This document shows positions 40,401 through 53,828 of a stretch of DNA of 64,000 nt, one piece after another. Position 1 is the first letter of the stretch. Every line of letters begins with the position of its first letter. Source of the stretch: Antedon mediterranea (taxonomy: Eukaryota > Animalia > Echinodermata); assembly GCF_964355755.1 (NCBI RefSeq), contig NC_092674.1, forward strand, positions 15,438,001-15,502,000, written 5' to 3'. Made by a program: the position numbers and the translations under genes. The notes beneath the pieces are model-generated. The model did no database searches and had not been told where the DNA came from. It saw only the letters and a list, made by a program, of their open reading frames with translations.

Positions 40401-41065
40401 TATTTCCTGTAGCTAGTTGTGGAGTGATGGCTTAGCTAGGTGAGTACAATATATAGACCTAGCTAGGCCTCAAAGTGGGTTCCCGTCTACTTTTCTGACC
40501 CGATTATCTGCCTGCCTACAGCTGCTACACTACACAGTAGTAAACTACAGTACTAACTAGGCCTAGCTAGGCCCTATAGTAGGCTTATAATAGCCCTAGC
40601 CTCCTAGATAGCTAAGCCTATAACTATACGCCAAAAACGTCTAGTTTGCGATATATATATATAGGAGGATGTGTCATTCATCTAAAATAGAATTCTACTT
40701 ACCAGCAAATTAACGGCAGAGCTTTTTACATCATACGACGATCAGGGAAACCCCAGCACTTTCTTCTGTTCGTCGCACATGCTTGTTTATGTGTGGTGAA
40801 CAGATCGGATCTCTCCTGTTTGGATGCTCATTAACATATTATGCATATTTATGAGCTGTTAGCTAACCATCGTTATTTTGGAATTTCTGAGCTTTTGAGT
40901 TCGAAAAAATGGTAAACTTATTTTGATTTTTTATAAGCGAAATCAATAATTTTTTCGGATTTTTTTTCGGAGAAAGTGAATAACTTTATTATAACTTCAA
41001 AGTGGTCTATTCAAAATTTGATTTTTTTCATCTTTATTTTTCATATTTTGGGGGACAATACAACT
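37458..41065. mobile_element. Kolobok-like non-autonomous DNA transposon
   Basis: TTAA on both sides (37454-37457, 41066-41069). TIRs AGATGTATTGTCC / GGACAATACAACT start with AG, not the CC of piggyBac. No transposase ORF. Confidence 0.8.
38515..39323 (+). mobile_element. L2-type LINE 3' fragment nested in the Kolobok-like element
   Basis: ARNLGV, SRLDCNNSLLYGLP, HISPVLRDLHWLP, GDRAFAVAAPKLWN, LKTHLF; short 3' UTR ending in (ATT)n. Confidence 0.92.
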
Positions 41066-41299
41066 TTAAATATAGGCCTATACAAGTTCACTATAATAAG
41101 GCATATAATATGTATATTCTCTTGTATTATTAAAATATTAAAAACAAAGGTCATGTTCTCCATTTTTTTCTTGTCACATGCAAGTGACGCGTACATATTT
41201 GTGATTATTGTTAAAACGTGGTTTATTTTAATGACATGGTATATTTAAAAATGAATACAAAAAAAAATTACAATTATTAAAAACATTTACTTATGACCT

Positions 41300-44200
41300 A
41301 CATACAATACAGACATTCTGAATATTGCGGATTTCATATATTATTAAAATTGTCTAAAAACATAATCAATGGTTACATTGAAAATCACTTGAAATAAAAA
41401 AGGGCTACACATTTATATTAAAACACAATAACAATATAAAATACAATTGTAAATTGTAGGGAGAGAGATCTCCAGCACATATATATTAATTTTAATTATT
41501 CAATAGATCAAATATCTTGACTATTTTTCCATTTCTGATCAGCAGTATAAAAGTTATACGAATACTCATTATTTATGAGGTTTATAATTTCATTTTTAAA
41601 TAGACCCCAAATATTTACAGAATCTTTTTTTTCCTGTCTTTTCTAGGTCTCTATATATTATGGAGGATTTATAGACCCCAAATATTTACAGAATCTTTTT
41701 TTTTCTGTCGTTTCTAGGTCTCTATATATTATGGAGGATTTATATATACAAAAAGTAAAAACTGAAATTAATTCGTTTACAAGTTTATTTGTTGTTCCCA
41801 AAATTACATTAACCCACTTTGGGCAGTCTTGCTGTACTGTAACCTCATTTGGGAGACACTGAACCAGCATATCTTTAAACTTTCCCCAGACCGGTTGAAT
41901 AGTTTTGCATGCAATTAATAAGCGTTTTTCATTTTCTATATGATTCTTACACTTATTACATTTGTCTGTTGTGGATAATTTCCATCTTTTTAGTCTTTTT
42001 TTACATATAAGGATTCGATGTAACAACTTAAAATTAAATTGAGCTACTTTTACCATGTGTTTCATTCTACATACTCAAGTCAATAATTTCATCTCTAAAT
42101 TCTACTTCCCATTTCATTTGAGGATTTGGAATAATACATATATCATTTATAAACTGCTTATAATAGTAAGACGATCTTATCCTATTATGAAATATATTAT
42201 GTTCTCTTAATTGTATATATATGTGTGCATTTTCCAACCTTATTTCTTCTTTCCATATCTCAGGTATTGCATTTATTGTTGCAAAGTATTTAATTAATCC
42301 ATTCTGTTTATTCGACAGAGTTGGAATAATTTCTGCTGCCGTCAATAACCTGTTATTAACGGCTATATCATTTACTGTTTTGTATCCAGAGTTTAACCAG
42401 GTGTTGAAATATAGAGATTTTCCCTCAATTGATATTATAAATGTGTTTTCCCATAAGTGTTGTGACTTAATTTCTTGTAAATTTTGCGGCTCTAAATAAT
42501 ATACAATATTGTTTAACTTTAAAGCTGCTTTCAACATATTCATATAAAATACTGGCATATTTTTTAATTTAGTATGCGCTTCAGTATTTAATTTACTACA
42601 ATTCACAGTATAATCAACTGGATGCATATAGTACTTTGAAATACATTTCCAAATACCTGGGTTAGGATTTACAGTCTATTAACCCAACTCAACTTCAGAG
42701 AGTCCACTAAGATATCAAAATTCACAATATTTATACCACCTTTATCTACTGTGTTTATAAGAGTTTTTCCTTTAATTTTTTCCCTTTTTCCTCCCCACAA
42801 AAATATATATAACAATGTATCAACTTTTGGAAAGATATAAGATGGTACATCTATTATACAAGCATTGTATATTAATTTCGAAATGGCAAGAGATTTTATT
42901 ACTGTTACCTTGCCAAAAAACGTAAGGTTTCGTTTTTCCCATAGATTTAGTGTATTCTCTAATTTTAAAACTGTATCATCCCAATTTCTTTTAACACAAG
43001 TATTTTTTATCATACCCTACGTAGATTCCAAGGAATTTCACTGGTTCTTTGGTCCATTTGATATTAAATGGCGATGTTTGTTTGTTTTTATTTGCTCCAA
43101 TCCAAATTCCTTTCGATTTACTTTTATTTAACCTTAAACCTGATATTGAATAGAACATTTAAATTTCACACAGAAAGTGGTTTAAACTAATTTCATCCTT
43201 TGTAAATATTACAGTATCGTCAGCTAGTTGAGCTATTTTAACAATATTATCTTCATTTTACATAGTGGGTTTTTTCTTATATTAGTTGCCATTATTTCAG
43301 CGATCAATAAAAAAAAGTAAAGCAGACAAAGGACAACCCTGCTTTACACCACATCTCATATTGAATTTTTCCGATATCCGACCATTGTGGGTTACAAGGC
43401 ATTGCGTATCTGTATATATATAGTTTTTATCCAGATAATAAATTACTGTCCAAAACCATATTTTTTCAGACATATAAACATTAAATTTCTATCTATAGAA
43501 TCGAACGCCTTGGCAAAGTCTAGAAAAACTATTGCACCTGGCTGATTGTTATTTTCTGTAAATGACAATACATCTTCTACTAACCTAATATTCTCTCCTC
43601 CAAATCTCCCTTTGACATAACCTTTCTGATCATATCCGATTCATTCTATTGGAGAGAACATGAGCCATGACGTTATAATCTACATTCAGTAGTGTTATAG
43701 GCCTAATCTTTTGCTAACATAACATATCTTTAATATCAAAACCCATGTCTATAAAATTCAACACTCAAACCATCCGAAAATGGACTTCTGTTGAGTTTCA
43801 TTTTTTCTATAGCATTTGTAAGTTCTTCTACTAATATTAATCTTTCACATTTCACAGAGTTGTCATAAGAAAGTGTATTTATTTTAGTTTTTCTTATATA
43901 CTTATTTATCCTACCCTGTGGAATTATTTTACATGCATACAACTTTTCATAAAAGCTTACTTGTTCTTTTAATATTTCATCTTCATTGGATGTGTATTTT
44001 CCATTATTTTTTAATAGTTGTGTAATATGTTTTTTTTTTGAATTATTTTTTTCTAATCCTAGGAAAAATTTATTATTTTTTTCTCCTTTCTCAAACCATT
44101 CAATCCTAGATCGAATTTTGGCGCCTTGCGCTTCTATTAGATATATATTTTCCAAGTCGTTTGATTTGTTTTTTAATGTGTTTTCTATCCTTATGTCATA

Positions 44201-44340
44201 TGTATAATGTCTAATTTAAATGTGAGTTTTTGGATTTCTTGAATTAATTTCTCTTTTTTTTATTTCTTTCTTTTTTCTTTATAACAGAATATTTGATAGT
44301 ATATTCTTTTATTTTTACTTTAAAAAATTCCCATACTTTG
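41300..44340 (-). mobile_element. Decayed Tx1/L1-type LINE ORF2
   Basis: EAQGAKIRSRIEWFEKGEK, RSPFSDGLSVEFY, FLDFAKAFDS, GVKQGCPLS, QLADDT, GKVTVIKSLAISK, QFNFKLLHRIL...C..C. Confidence 0.92.
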
Positions 44341-47300
44341 ATTTAATATCTTTAAATGTAAGAGGTCTGAGAGATCAGTCTAAGAAAAGAAAAGTTTTTA
44401 AATGGTTCGAAGACCAAAAATCTGATATTACAGCATATCACAGTTATGGTACAACAAATAGTAGAAGGCAGAAAAACATTGATAGTGAAGGCAGAATGAC
44501 TATTCTTAGTATAATATATAAGACAACAATAATTAATTTAATACATGTGTATTCTGTGAATAACTACAAAAAAAGAGCCTTGTTCTTTAAAAAACACTCT
44601 TTGTGGTTCTACTGACGAATACATCATTTTAGGTGGTGGTATGAACCGTATTCTAGATCGAAAGATAGATCATAAAAATAGTTATAATAGTTACGATAAC
44701 TCACCATTAGTTCTGAAGAACTGTATGAAAAAACACAAATTGTCAGATATATGGAGACAATTTCATAAAAGTAAATCTCAGTTCACTTGGCGTCGTAGAG
44801 ACACCTACAGACGATTAGACTTTTAGTGTATTTCAAAAGCCGTGTATAAGAACGGAATTGTAAAGTCAAAGATATAAGACCTTCCCATTTTTCTGACCAC
44901 CAAGCCATTTCACTTAAACTGTTAAATGAAGACAATAATCGGGAGTGTCATAAATGAAGAAAAATACAGTACTGCCATAAGATCGAAAAATGTTAGACAA
45001 AATAAAAATAATCTCAACCCAGAAGTGTTATGGGAATATCTAAAAATAAAAAATTCTCTATCAAATATTCAATGCTCTGAAAGACAATAGTAACATCACA
45101 TCAATTGTTGAAATGTAAATGATAAATATGTAGATATAAGTTTATTTTATAAGAAAAACAAATCTTCAATAGTTTATAGACACATTGAATAGAGAGATCC
45201 AAATGTTAACGGTTAAATTAGAAAGTAGTTATAATAAACAACTAGATAAAGAATTAAAAACAAAAAGATCTTGACAATATTTATCAAGCTGAAGCACAAG
45301 GTGCCAAGATCTGATCTAGAATAGAATGGTTCGAAAACGGCGAAAAAACACAAATTTTTGTTTACGGTTAGAAAAAAATTATGCAAAAAGAAAACATATT
45401 ACGTTGCTAAAAAAAGAAAAAGGGTAAATACACTTCAGATAAAAACGAGATTCTAAAGGAACAAGTACTTTTCTTTGAACATTTATATGCAGATAAACTA
45501 ATAAAAAAAAAACAAAAAATAGAAGAATATTTAGAAAATACAAATGTGAAAACGCGTTCACAATGTGACGCTAACAAACAACGTTTAGAAATTAATTTAG
45601 TATTTAAATGTGGCGAGCGAGAAATTTTAGAAAATCGGAGACCAATTACTCTACTTAATGTAGACTATAAAATTATGGCACATGCCCTAACCGAATGCAT
45701 GAAATTATTGGATCAATAATAAATTTCGATCAAAAAGGTTATATAAAAGGAAGATTTGGAGGAGAAAATATAAGATCAGTGGAACTTATACAATAGATAA
45801 AAATATACCAGGTGCGATGATATTCCTTGACTTCGCCAAAGCCTTTGACTCAATAGACAGAAACCTGAATTTTCAAAGTTCTGGAAAAATTTAGATTTGG
45901 TAAATCGTTCATAAAATGGATACGAATAATATAATTAACTAAAAATAACTAATAGTGGTTGGATCTCCAAAAGTTTTAAAATGAACTGTGGAGTAAGACA
46001 GAGTTGTCCATTGTCCGCATTGTTATTTATTTTAGTTGCCGAAATCATGGCAATTAACATACGAGAAAATCGACACTGCAAAGGTATTAAACTAATTAGC
46101 ACGGAAAACAATAATAATATAGTAAAAATTGCACAATTGGCAGACGATACTGTAATTTTCACAAGTGAAGGACGCAGTTTAGAATTTAGTAAGTAGATTT
46201 AGTAACTCCACTCCGTTCAATATTTCATGGACGAAGGAACCAATACAATGTCTTGGAATATATGTTGGCTATAATACCAATTCTTGTTAAAAAAATAATT
46301 AAAATTATGGGAAAAAAGATATTTATCCTTTCTTGGGAAAATAACAATTATTAAAACACTGGCTATTTCCAAACTTATATACAACGATAGTATTATAGAA
46401 TGATGTACCTACACATATTATTCCTCTAGTTGAAAAAGAAATTTTCATTTCTTATGGGGAGCAAAAAAGGAAAAAATTAAAAGAACAACACTTATCAATA
46501 CAATTGAAGACGGTGGTCTCAACATGGTAGATTGTAATGTTTTAGTTAAGTCTTTAAAACTGAGTTGGATCAAGAGGCTATTACGTCCTGACCCTGGGAA
46601 ATGGAAATTCATTCCGAAATACTATATGTATCCATTTGAATGTACAGTGACAATGACTAAAATGAATAAAGAAAATCATACAATTTTAAAAGACATGCCA
46701 ATATTTTATCTGAAATTATGCAGCTGTGATTCTAAACAATATTATAAATTCAGAACCACTAACTGCAAATGAAATTAAATCTCAACATCTATGGGAAAAT
46801 AACTTTGCAAAGTATTTCAATGTATCTTAGCAATTGGTTAAATTCGGGATTCCGAACAATATATGATATCATTATTAATAATGAACTAATAATATACCAA
46901 AAGTTGCTTCTCAAGTTGAGTCATAAAGAAAATGGTTTCATAGAGTATTTCTTAATTATCAATGCGATACCAAATCAATGGAAAAAAATAGTAACATCAC
47001 ATCAATTGTTGAAATGTAAATGATATATATATATAGGTATAAGTTTATTTTATAAGAAAAACAAATCTTCAATAGTTTATAGACACAAAGCATCCATCCA
47101 ATATCTCAAGCAAAGTGGGAATTTGAATTCGGCGTTGAGTTAAATTTGCATAAAATATGGTTTAATAAAGTTGTTAGCTCTAAACATATAGTTAAAGTTT
47201 GCCAATTTAATTTCAAGCTGTTTCACAGAATGGAAGTTATTGGAAACTGACCTATGCAAAAAATCTAAAATTGAAATAAAAAATGAAAAACATATAATAT

Positions 47301-47600
47301 TTCTTTGTAAAACAATCTAACCAGTCTTGAGAAAGTTTGATTTAATGATTGTAACGTGTTTCCCTGCAAACGAAACACGCCATCAATTTTTCAATTGGAT
47401 AAACATTGCTACAGGGAATACTAACAGCAAACTCATAAATGAACTTATTTCTATTTTCAGTTTTTGTATTTATAAGTAATGTTTTACCTATAATAATTAA
47501 TTAAATGAAGAAAATGTTTCACAAAAAATATGGAGCGTATACAAATCGGAACTTTCAAATTTAATAAAATATGAACACGCATGCATGCATATACTGTATA
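44341..47600 (+). mobile_element. Second decayed Tx1/L1-type LINE ORF2, head-to-head with the previous copy
   Basis: LISLNVRGLRD (APE start), FTWRR, SDHQAI, EAQGAKI, RPITLLNVDYK, GVRQSCPLS, AQLADDT, SLKLSWIKRL. Confidence 0.92.
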
Positions 47601-48632
47601 TTGAATTGAACAGATATACAAATATTTTAATATTTATGTATAGAGTTATTTTAAGTCTTTTTATTAGTATAGATATTTACTTTAAAAATAAGTTTTATAT
47701 CAGGATGAAGCGTCTCACATACATACAGAGCCAAAATACTATTTTAGACTTGCACAGTGTATTGACTCTAACCTTACGGTTTTCATTAAATAGATCATTC
47801 CATGCTTTCCATTCTAAATATCTTATTTTTTTAAATTTTGCTTCTTTTTACTCCTCTCATTCATTTTTGTCTTGATGAAAAGGGAGGGTATTTTATATTC
47901 CTCCCCTGAGTTTATAGCCTCTCTACCCAAACACGAACACGAGCTTTATGGAATAATGACAACTGTCAAAAGTATGTTTTTAATCAATTTTTATCGTCTT
48001 TTTATTGCAATTTTGTTACTTATTTTATATATTTAAATTACTTTTTTTTTAAAATTGAAAATAACGAATGTAAAATATGGTTTTAAAAACATCAAAATCA
48101 ATAATTTTATGTATAGGCCTATACAGCAAATATTTTTATTATTATAATAATACTTTTAACGTTGTAACATATAAACGAGAGGAAAAAATAATGCTTAAAG
48201 AATATAATATTTATAACAGAGTATGATAATAAAAGTGGGACGAACCCACACAAGTCCTAGAGTAACAAAATAACCGGAATTGGAATGTCTTAAAATTACA
48301 TTTAAAAACCGTCACAGATGGGTTGTGAGTAATGGACCAATTTTAAGTGTTTCCGAGTAATGGACCCATTTTGAGTGTTTCCCTTAGCCTAAGTGAATAC
48401 AAAGTGAAATACTTAATATTTAAGGGAAATATATCACTTAAGTGTGATCGATGAGTCTATTTAGAGGTACCATTTCAAGACCCTCCAAAGACTATGTTTA
48501 TACAGTTATCTGCTCAAGAGTACCATATATTGTAAGTGCAAATTCGCAAGCTTATTCAAGCTTCCATTTATGAGAAATCAGTGCGTTTTCCATTTAATTT
48601 ATTTTTTACTCCTTATTTATAGAGGAATGATG

Positions 48633-48836
48633 AGTGACAGTTGCTGTGTGTATACTAGTACACCGGGGTAACCTCTTTAAAGTACGGCAGATGTGTACAC
48701 TGGACCTACGGTTTAAAGTTCTTATCCGAGAAGGCTCATTCATCATGGAGTGAGTGAGACTCGAACCCTTGCCGATGTTAATATGGCAAGGTATTACGGT
48801 TCCACTGTCTTAACCACTTGACCAGCCACTCACTCC
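48633..48836 (-). mobile_element. tRNA-derived SINE with Deu/Nin-like core
   Basis: A-box TGGTCAAGTGG and B-box GGTTCGAGTCT, then TCGGATAAGAACTTTAAACCGTAGGTCC...TTACCCCGGTGT, resembling the Deu/Nin conserved domain (recalled, not aligned). Confidence 0.78.
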
Positions 48837-50189
48837 GGTATGACTTCTTCCCATAACCAGCAAATAATGACGTGCTGCAACCTATAAAGGTTGTACATAA
48901 ATCAAATATTTGTAATAGAAATAGACAAAAAACATGAATTTCCCTTAAAATACAAAATTTGACGTTTTTTTCAGTAGTTAGGTAGTTTAACCTAATGTAA
49001 TGTAATAACATGCCTGGTGACTCCCCAGAAGGTGAAAAAAGATGGTGGATATATAACTAAATAACCTTGAATTCTTGGACTCTCAGATTTTTGACCTATA
49101 ATACCGTGTGTATAAATGTGGACGGGCGTTTATTAAATGGTGGGGCCGATTATTATTCTGTATTATTATAAGTGTTGGGCGTTTATTCAAATAAATACCA
49201 TCCTAATTGGTATCATTTATACATTATTTAGTTTAAACATCTTTTGAAACTAACTTCCGCGACACAGTTGGCCCTTTCGGCTTAAGAGGGAAGATGTTTT
49301 AGACGGCTTGCAACATGGGCAGATGTATCACAGGGTCATAACGGGACACAGTTATTCCTGCTAGTTTACTCAACAACTCGACTCCCGGTGTTTCAATCGA
49401 TTTTAAACAAAAGGTCTTATCATCAGTTCTCCTGGTGTAATTTTATATACTATTCCCCACAATATACGATGTTTTATAAATATATTTAATTTGATCTTTA
49501 TTAATTTGCAGTATAATTTTCATTTTGCTAACTACAGTACGTTTACACGCGCGGTTTAAAAATAAACAAATAACTAAAATAGCTACCGCCACCAACGGCC
49601 AACTTAGTTGTTGAAACCAGGTACAGTAGTTGCAAAATGATGACTCATGACTCGTGAACCTGGAAATTAATTTTACCACGTATGGTTGAAAATCTGCAGA
49701 TGAAATCAGAAATTTTGTTTTAAAACCCTTTATAATATCTTCCTAAGATAAATCTATGAAACAATATCGTAATAATGTTATCAAATCTGCGTTTCGCGGT
49801 ACATCTGAGATAGATGAGGTAGGTATCCAAGACGGAGATTTGTCCCGAAGTTTTTCCATTGTGCTCTCCTATGTCAGAATTAAGCATAATTTACTATTTC
49901 TTGTTTTTGTCAAGAACTTTTAATTACCGCTTGGTCTGAAACTACTGAGATTAACATAGCATATCACTTGTTCCATACTAAATAACTTTCCTTTATAATA
50001 TAGTAGAGAGGCCAAATACACAAAAGTCCTCTATAAAAAGTTTGGAGGATGTGTTTAAAATACAATATAAAAAATCGTGGACAAAGAATAAGAAAACATC
50101 ATACAAAACCAGGCAGACACAGGATTCCTAAAAAGCGAACTTAATCACTATCTTGTATTAAAAATGCATATAAATACTATATCAAAATA

Positions 50190-52525
50190 AATTAAAATGT
50201 ATTGCAATATTATTAAAAATCGTCAATGCATAGAAAAATCTTATTTATAAAAGTTTTAACACCTGTATGTAAAATTAATTAATCTCTTATTTCTTCAGGT
50301 AGTTCGTCCCATGCACGGAAAAATATTTATGTGGAAAATTGAGTATTTTAAAGAATTTGTCCGAGCAAAAGGGTATACGAATATGAGATGATCACCGTGA
50401 CGAGAGTTGATTGAAATAATGGTTTAAAATATCCACAGTATATATGCCATAAAGATATTTGACAATAAATGACACGGATAAAAGTTGGATACATTTTTCA
50501 AGTAATCCCCAATCTAATTTTGAGGTAAAAGTTACCCCAATGTACTTGTATGGGGTAACCTGGCTCAAGGTGTCAACACCTATTTTATCATTATTATCAA
50601 GCTAGTTTACTTAACCTAGATGACCTTGTTAAGCGCATACATTTGCATTTTGTTGAATTCAGAAGCATTTTATTGGTAATGCTCCATTGAAGTATACAGG
50701 TTAAATCATTCTGAAGAGACTGATGGTCTTCAGGAGATCTAATAGCTCTATATATAACTGTATCATCTGCATATTGCAATATATGAGATGAGATAACAGC
50801 TGGCAAGTAAAAAACAAAGATATTAAATAAGATGGGTCCTAAAACTGATCCATGAGGAATGCCAGACTGGACATTACAGGTATTAGAAGCAGTTCCTCGA
50901 AATAATACTTGTTGTTCTTTAAACCATTGTAACACTGAACCTCGTAATCCATAGTCATGTAGCTTTTAAAGTAAAATAGCATAACTTATGCTATCGAAAG
51001 CTTTGTTCCAATCCAAAAAAAATAAATCAATCAATTAGAGGAGGGGTTCTGTCATCTAAAACTTTAGCCCAATAAAATTAAGTGGTGTATCGTTTGACTA
51101 GACCTTCCAGCTACAAAACCATGATAGGTTGACAATAGTTTGTGAGAATCTAAATGAACGAACAAGTGCCTACTGACCACTCTTTCTAATAACTTGCCAA
51201 CTGTTGAACATACGGAAACCGGTCTATAATTGGTGATATTGGTTGTGTATAGGAATTACATTTGCTATTTTCCACTCCAAGGAGAGTGACACATTAAATA
51301 TTTTGGCCAGAGGCTCACAAATGTATGCAGCTGCTAATTTAAGCATTGTAGATGCCATCTGGGCCAGGTGATTTTCCTTTTTGTAATTTGTTAAGAATTT
51401 CAGCTGATGCCGTTTTAATATTAGAAAGAGGACATAGGCTATTGAGATTACTGCAATCATTAATATTAACATCAAATAAGGTTACACAGTCTTGGGTAAA
51501 ATTTGATTCAAAATAATCATTAAATGATATGGAGATTAAAACAGGATTCTTACCTAATACATTATTTATTGTAAAGTTTTGAACACTTGGTTTTGCTCTT
51601 GATTTGCGTACAAATGACCATAAACCCTTATCGCTATCATCAGATTTCAGACCTAAGTTTCTAACATACTGATGGTAGGATTTATTTATACAGGACTTTA
51701 ACTTGTTTCGACAACGTTTTTAAAGTGACCAATTATGTGGATCATGCAAAGATTTGCTTCAAGTATCAAGTATCAAGTATAATATTTATTCGTTCCCACA
51801 AGAAGGAGAAAATTACATTGCTCGTCTTAAAATACATCATAATTACAATATTTAAAACACGACAATACAACAATACCTATTTAAAAAACTCTCAACAAGA
51901 ACATATTATTACATATTATTTCATGGTGTTCATCTGGATGAATTCCGCTGATGTCTCCTGATACCTGTGGGCAGAAAGGAGAAAAGATATCGGTTTGCGT
52001 CAGCAGCCGCGGATCGCAATCTTCCACTGCGAGCACTCCTGAGACTGCCTAAATCGGAATTCAAAGGATGATTTTTTTATACAGACGGTTTTCTTTCTAG
52101 AAAGTTTGATTATTTCCTCAGTAATCCATGGTCCATGGCTTTCGCTTAGCTTTGCGCTTAGGAATAAGAGAATATATTGTTTGGAGAAACTCACATTTAA
52201 ACTTCTCCCCGGTTAAATTTTTATCATCAGAAAGGAAACATGGTTCCAAGTTGAATTCCGTTTTTATGAAATTTGCCACATCTATATTAGAATACTAATG
52301 AAATGATTAGCAGGAAGAGCATTATTTGGAAAATTAAAGTTAAAATTATTAAATATACCATCATTGTCACTACCTGCAATACCTGGGTGAGATGATCAAT
52401 TATGGTACCATAAAAGCTAATAATATGTTGCCTAAACCGTCTAAATGCCATGTTATGACAATTAATTTTTTGCGTAATGCTAGTGATTTCCAGCCATTCG
52501 CCCTCAACGATACTATTCTTCAAAT
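50190..52525 (-). mobile_element. Decayed CR1-type LINE ORF2, interrupted at ~51760-52010 by another LINE 3' end with an (ATACTTG)n tail
   Basis: GIPHGSVLGP, QYADDT, WKIANVIPIH, KAFDSI, KYIGVTF; PWIT upstream. Confidence 0.82.
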
Positions 52526-52527
52526 AG

Positions 52528-53250
52528 TTAGGGGTTACTATTCAAGATAATATGAAATGGGACATACATGTTACAGACATAGTTTCTAAAGCATCTCTAA
52601 AGATGCTTTATTTGTGATGAGGAGGAGATCTGGCGCGTCTGTGGATGACCTGATCAAGGTTTTCTGTTGCTATATTAGGCCTATTCTTGAGTAGGCATGC
52701 CCTGTGTGGCATGGCGCAATTACTTAAAAATTAGCATATAAAATTAAAGCTGTTCAAAAAAGAGTTCTAAGAACTATCTTGAGAAAAAATTATATATCAT
52801 ACGATTTAGCTTTAGAGGAGACGCAACTCCTTTTGCTTGCGGCCTGGTCCTTTCCTTTGGTCAGGGTCTCATAAAATCGGCTTTGCACAAGAATATGCTC
52901 CCTCCTTGCCGCAAGCGAAAATTAAACCTTAGATCCAATGGTGGAAATCTTGAAGTGCCTAAATGTAAAACTGACAGATATAAACGGTCTGCTGTACCTT
53001 ATATTGTTGATCTGCTTATCTCTCAATAAAATGCGGTGTTTTTTTTAATGTTTTAAATAACTTTTTGATGTACGTTTACGGGTTAAATTGTTTTCTTTTT
53101 TATGGAGCGACCCTTTTTTCATTTGTTTTTCTTGACGGACATTCTGCATGTTATATAGGATTCTTGATGGACATTCTGCATGTTATATAGGATTCTTGAT
53201 GGACATTCTGCATGTTATATAGGATTCTTATAAGTAAATAAATAAATACA
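52528..53250 (+). mobile_element. L2/CR1-group LINE 3' fragment with a 32-bp x3 tandem (53129-53229) in its 3' UTR
   Basis: LGVTIQDNMKWDIHV, IRPILE*ACPVWH, KTDRYKRS; (AATA)n tail. Confidence 0.8.
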
Positions 53251-53828
53251 TTTAAATTAAGTCTATATTAATTCTATTCTATATATTGCTAAAAATAAAT
53301 TAAAACCATGATTAATATATTTAAAATACTAGTGAACCTAATTAACGATACTTTGTACTGATAAAATAAATGAAACATGATCTATTTGTTTATGACATTG
53401 CAATATTGTTGATAAATATATTTAAAATACTAATGAACCTAATTAATGATACTTTGTACTGATAAAATGAAGAAATTATCTATTTTTTATGATATTGCAA
53501 TATTGTTCTATTGGATAAATTTTAATGATTAATGTACAGTATTTTAATTTTTTGTGCATATTGTAAATTTGTCTGTATTTTTTTTCTGTAATGTTTAAGT
53601 TTTTTCTATATGTACTACAATAATTTCAGACTTGTTCTGCTTTTTGTAATGTTTTTTACATATCAGAATAAATAAAAAAAATAATAAATAAGAAGTGTGC
53701 TCCACTATTCATGAAACCATAGTGTTGCCTGATGAGCTGCCATATGGCGGCGAATGAGGTGGCTCCCTTGATAATGGAATTGCGTCGTCGTTCTCATGGT
53801 ATGTTCTCATTGTCATCTGTAAACCTTT

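Noticed and set aside
37454-41069. piggyBac element
   Set aside because: TTAA fits, but the termini begin AG rather than CC(C/T), which favours Kolobok.
48747-48836. Functional tRNA gene
   Set aside because: The cloverleaf is distorted (no proper anticodon arm, extra hairpin) and it runs into a SINE core.
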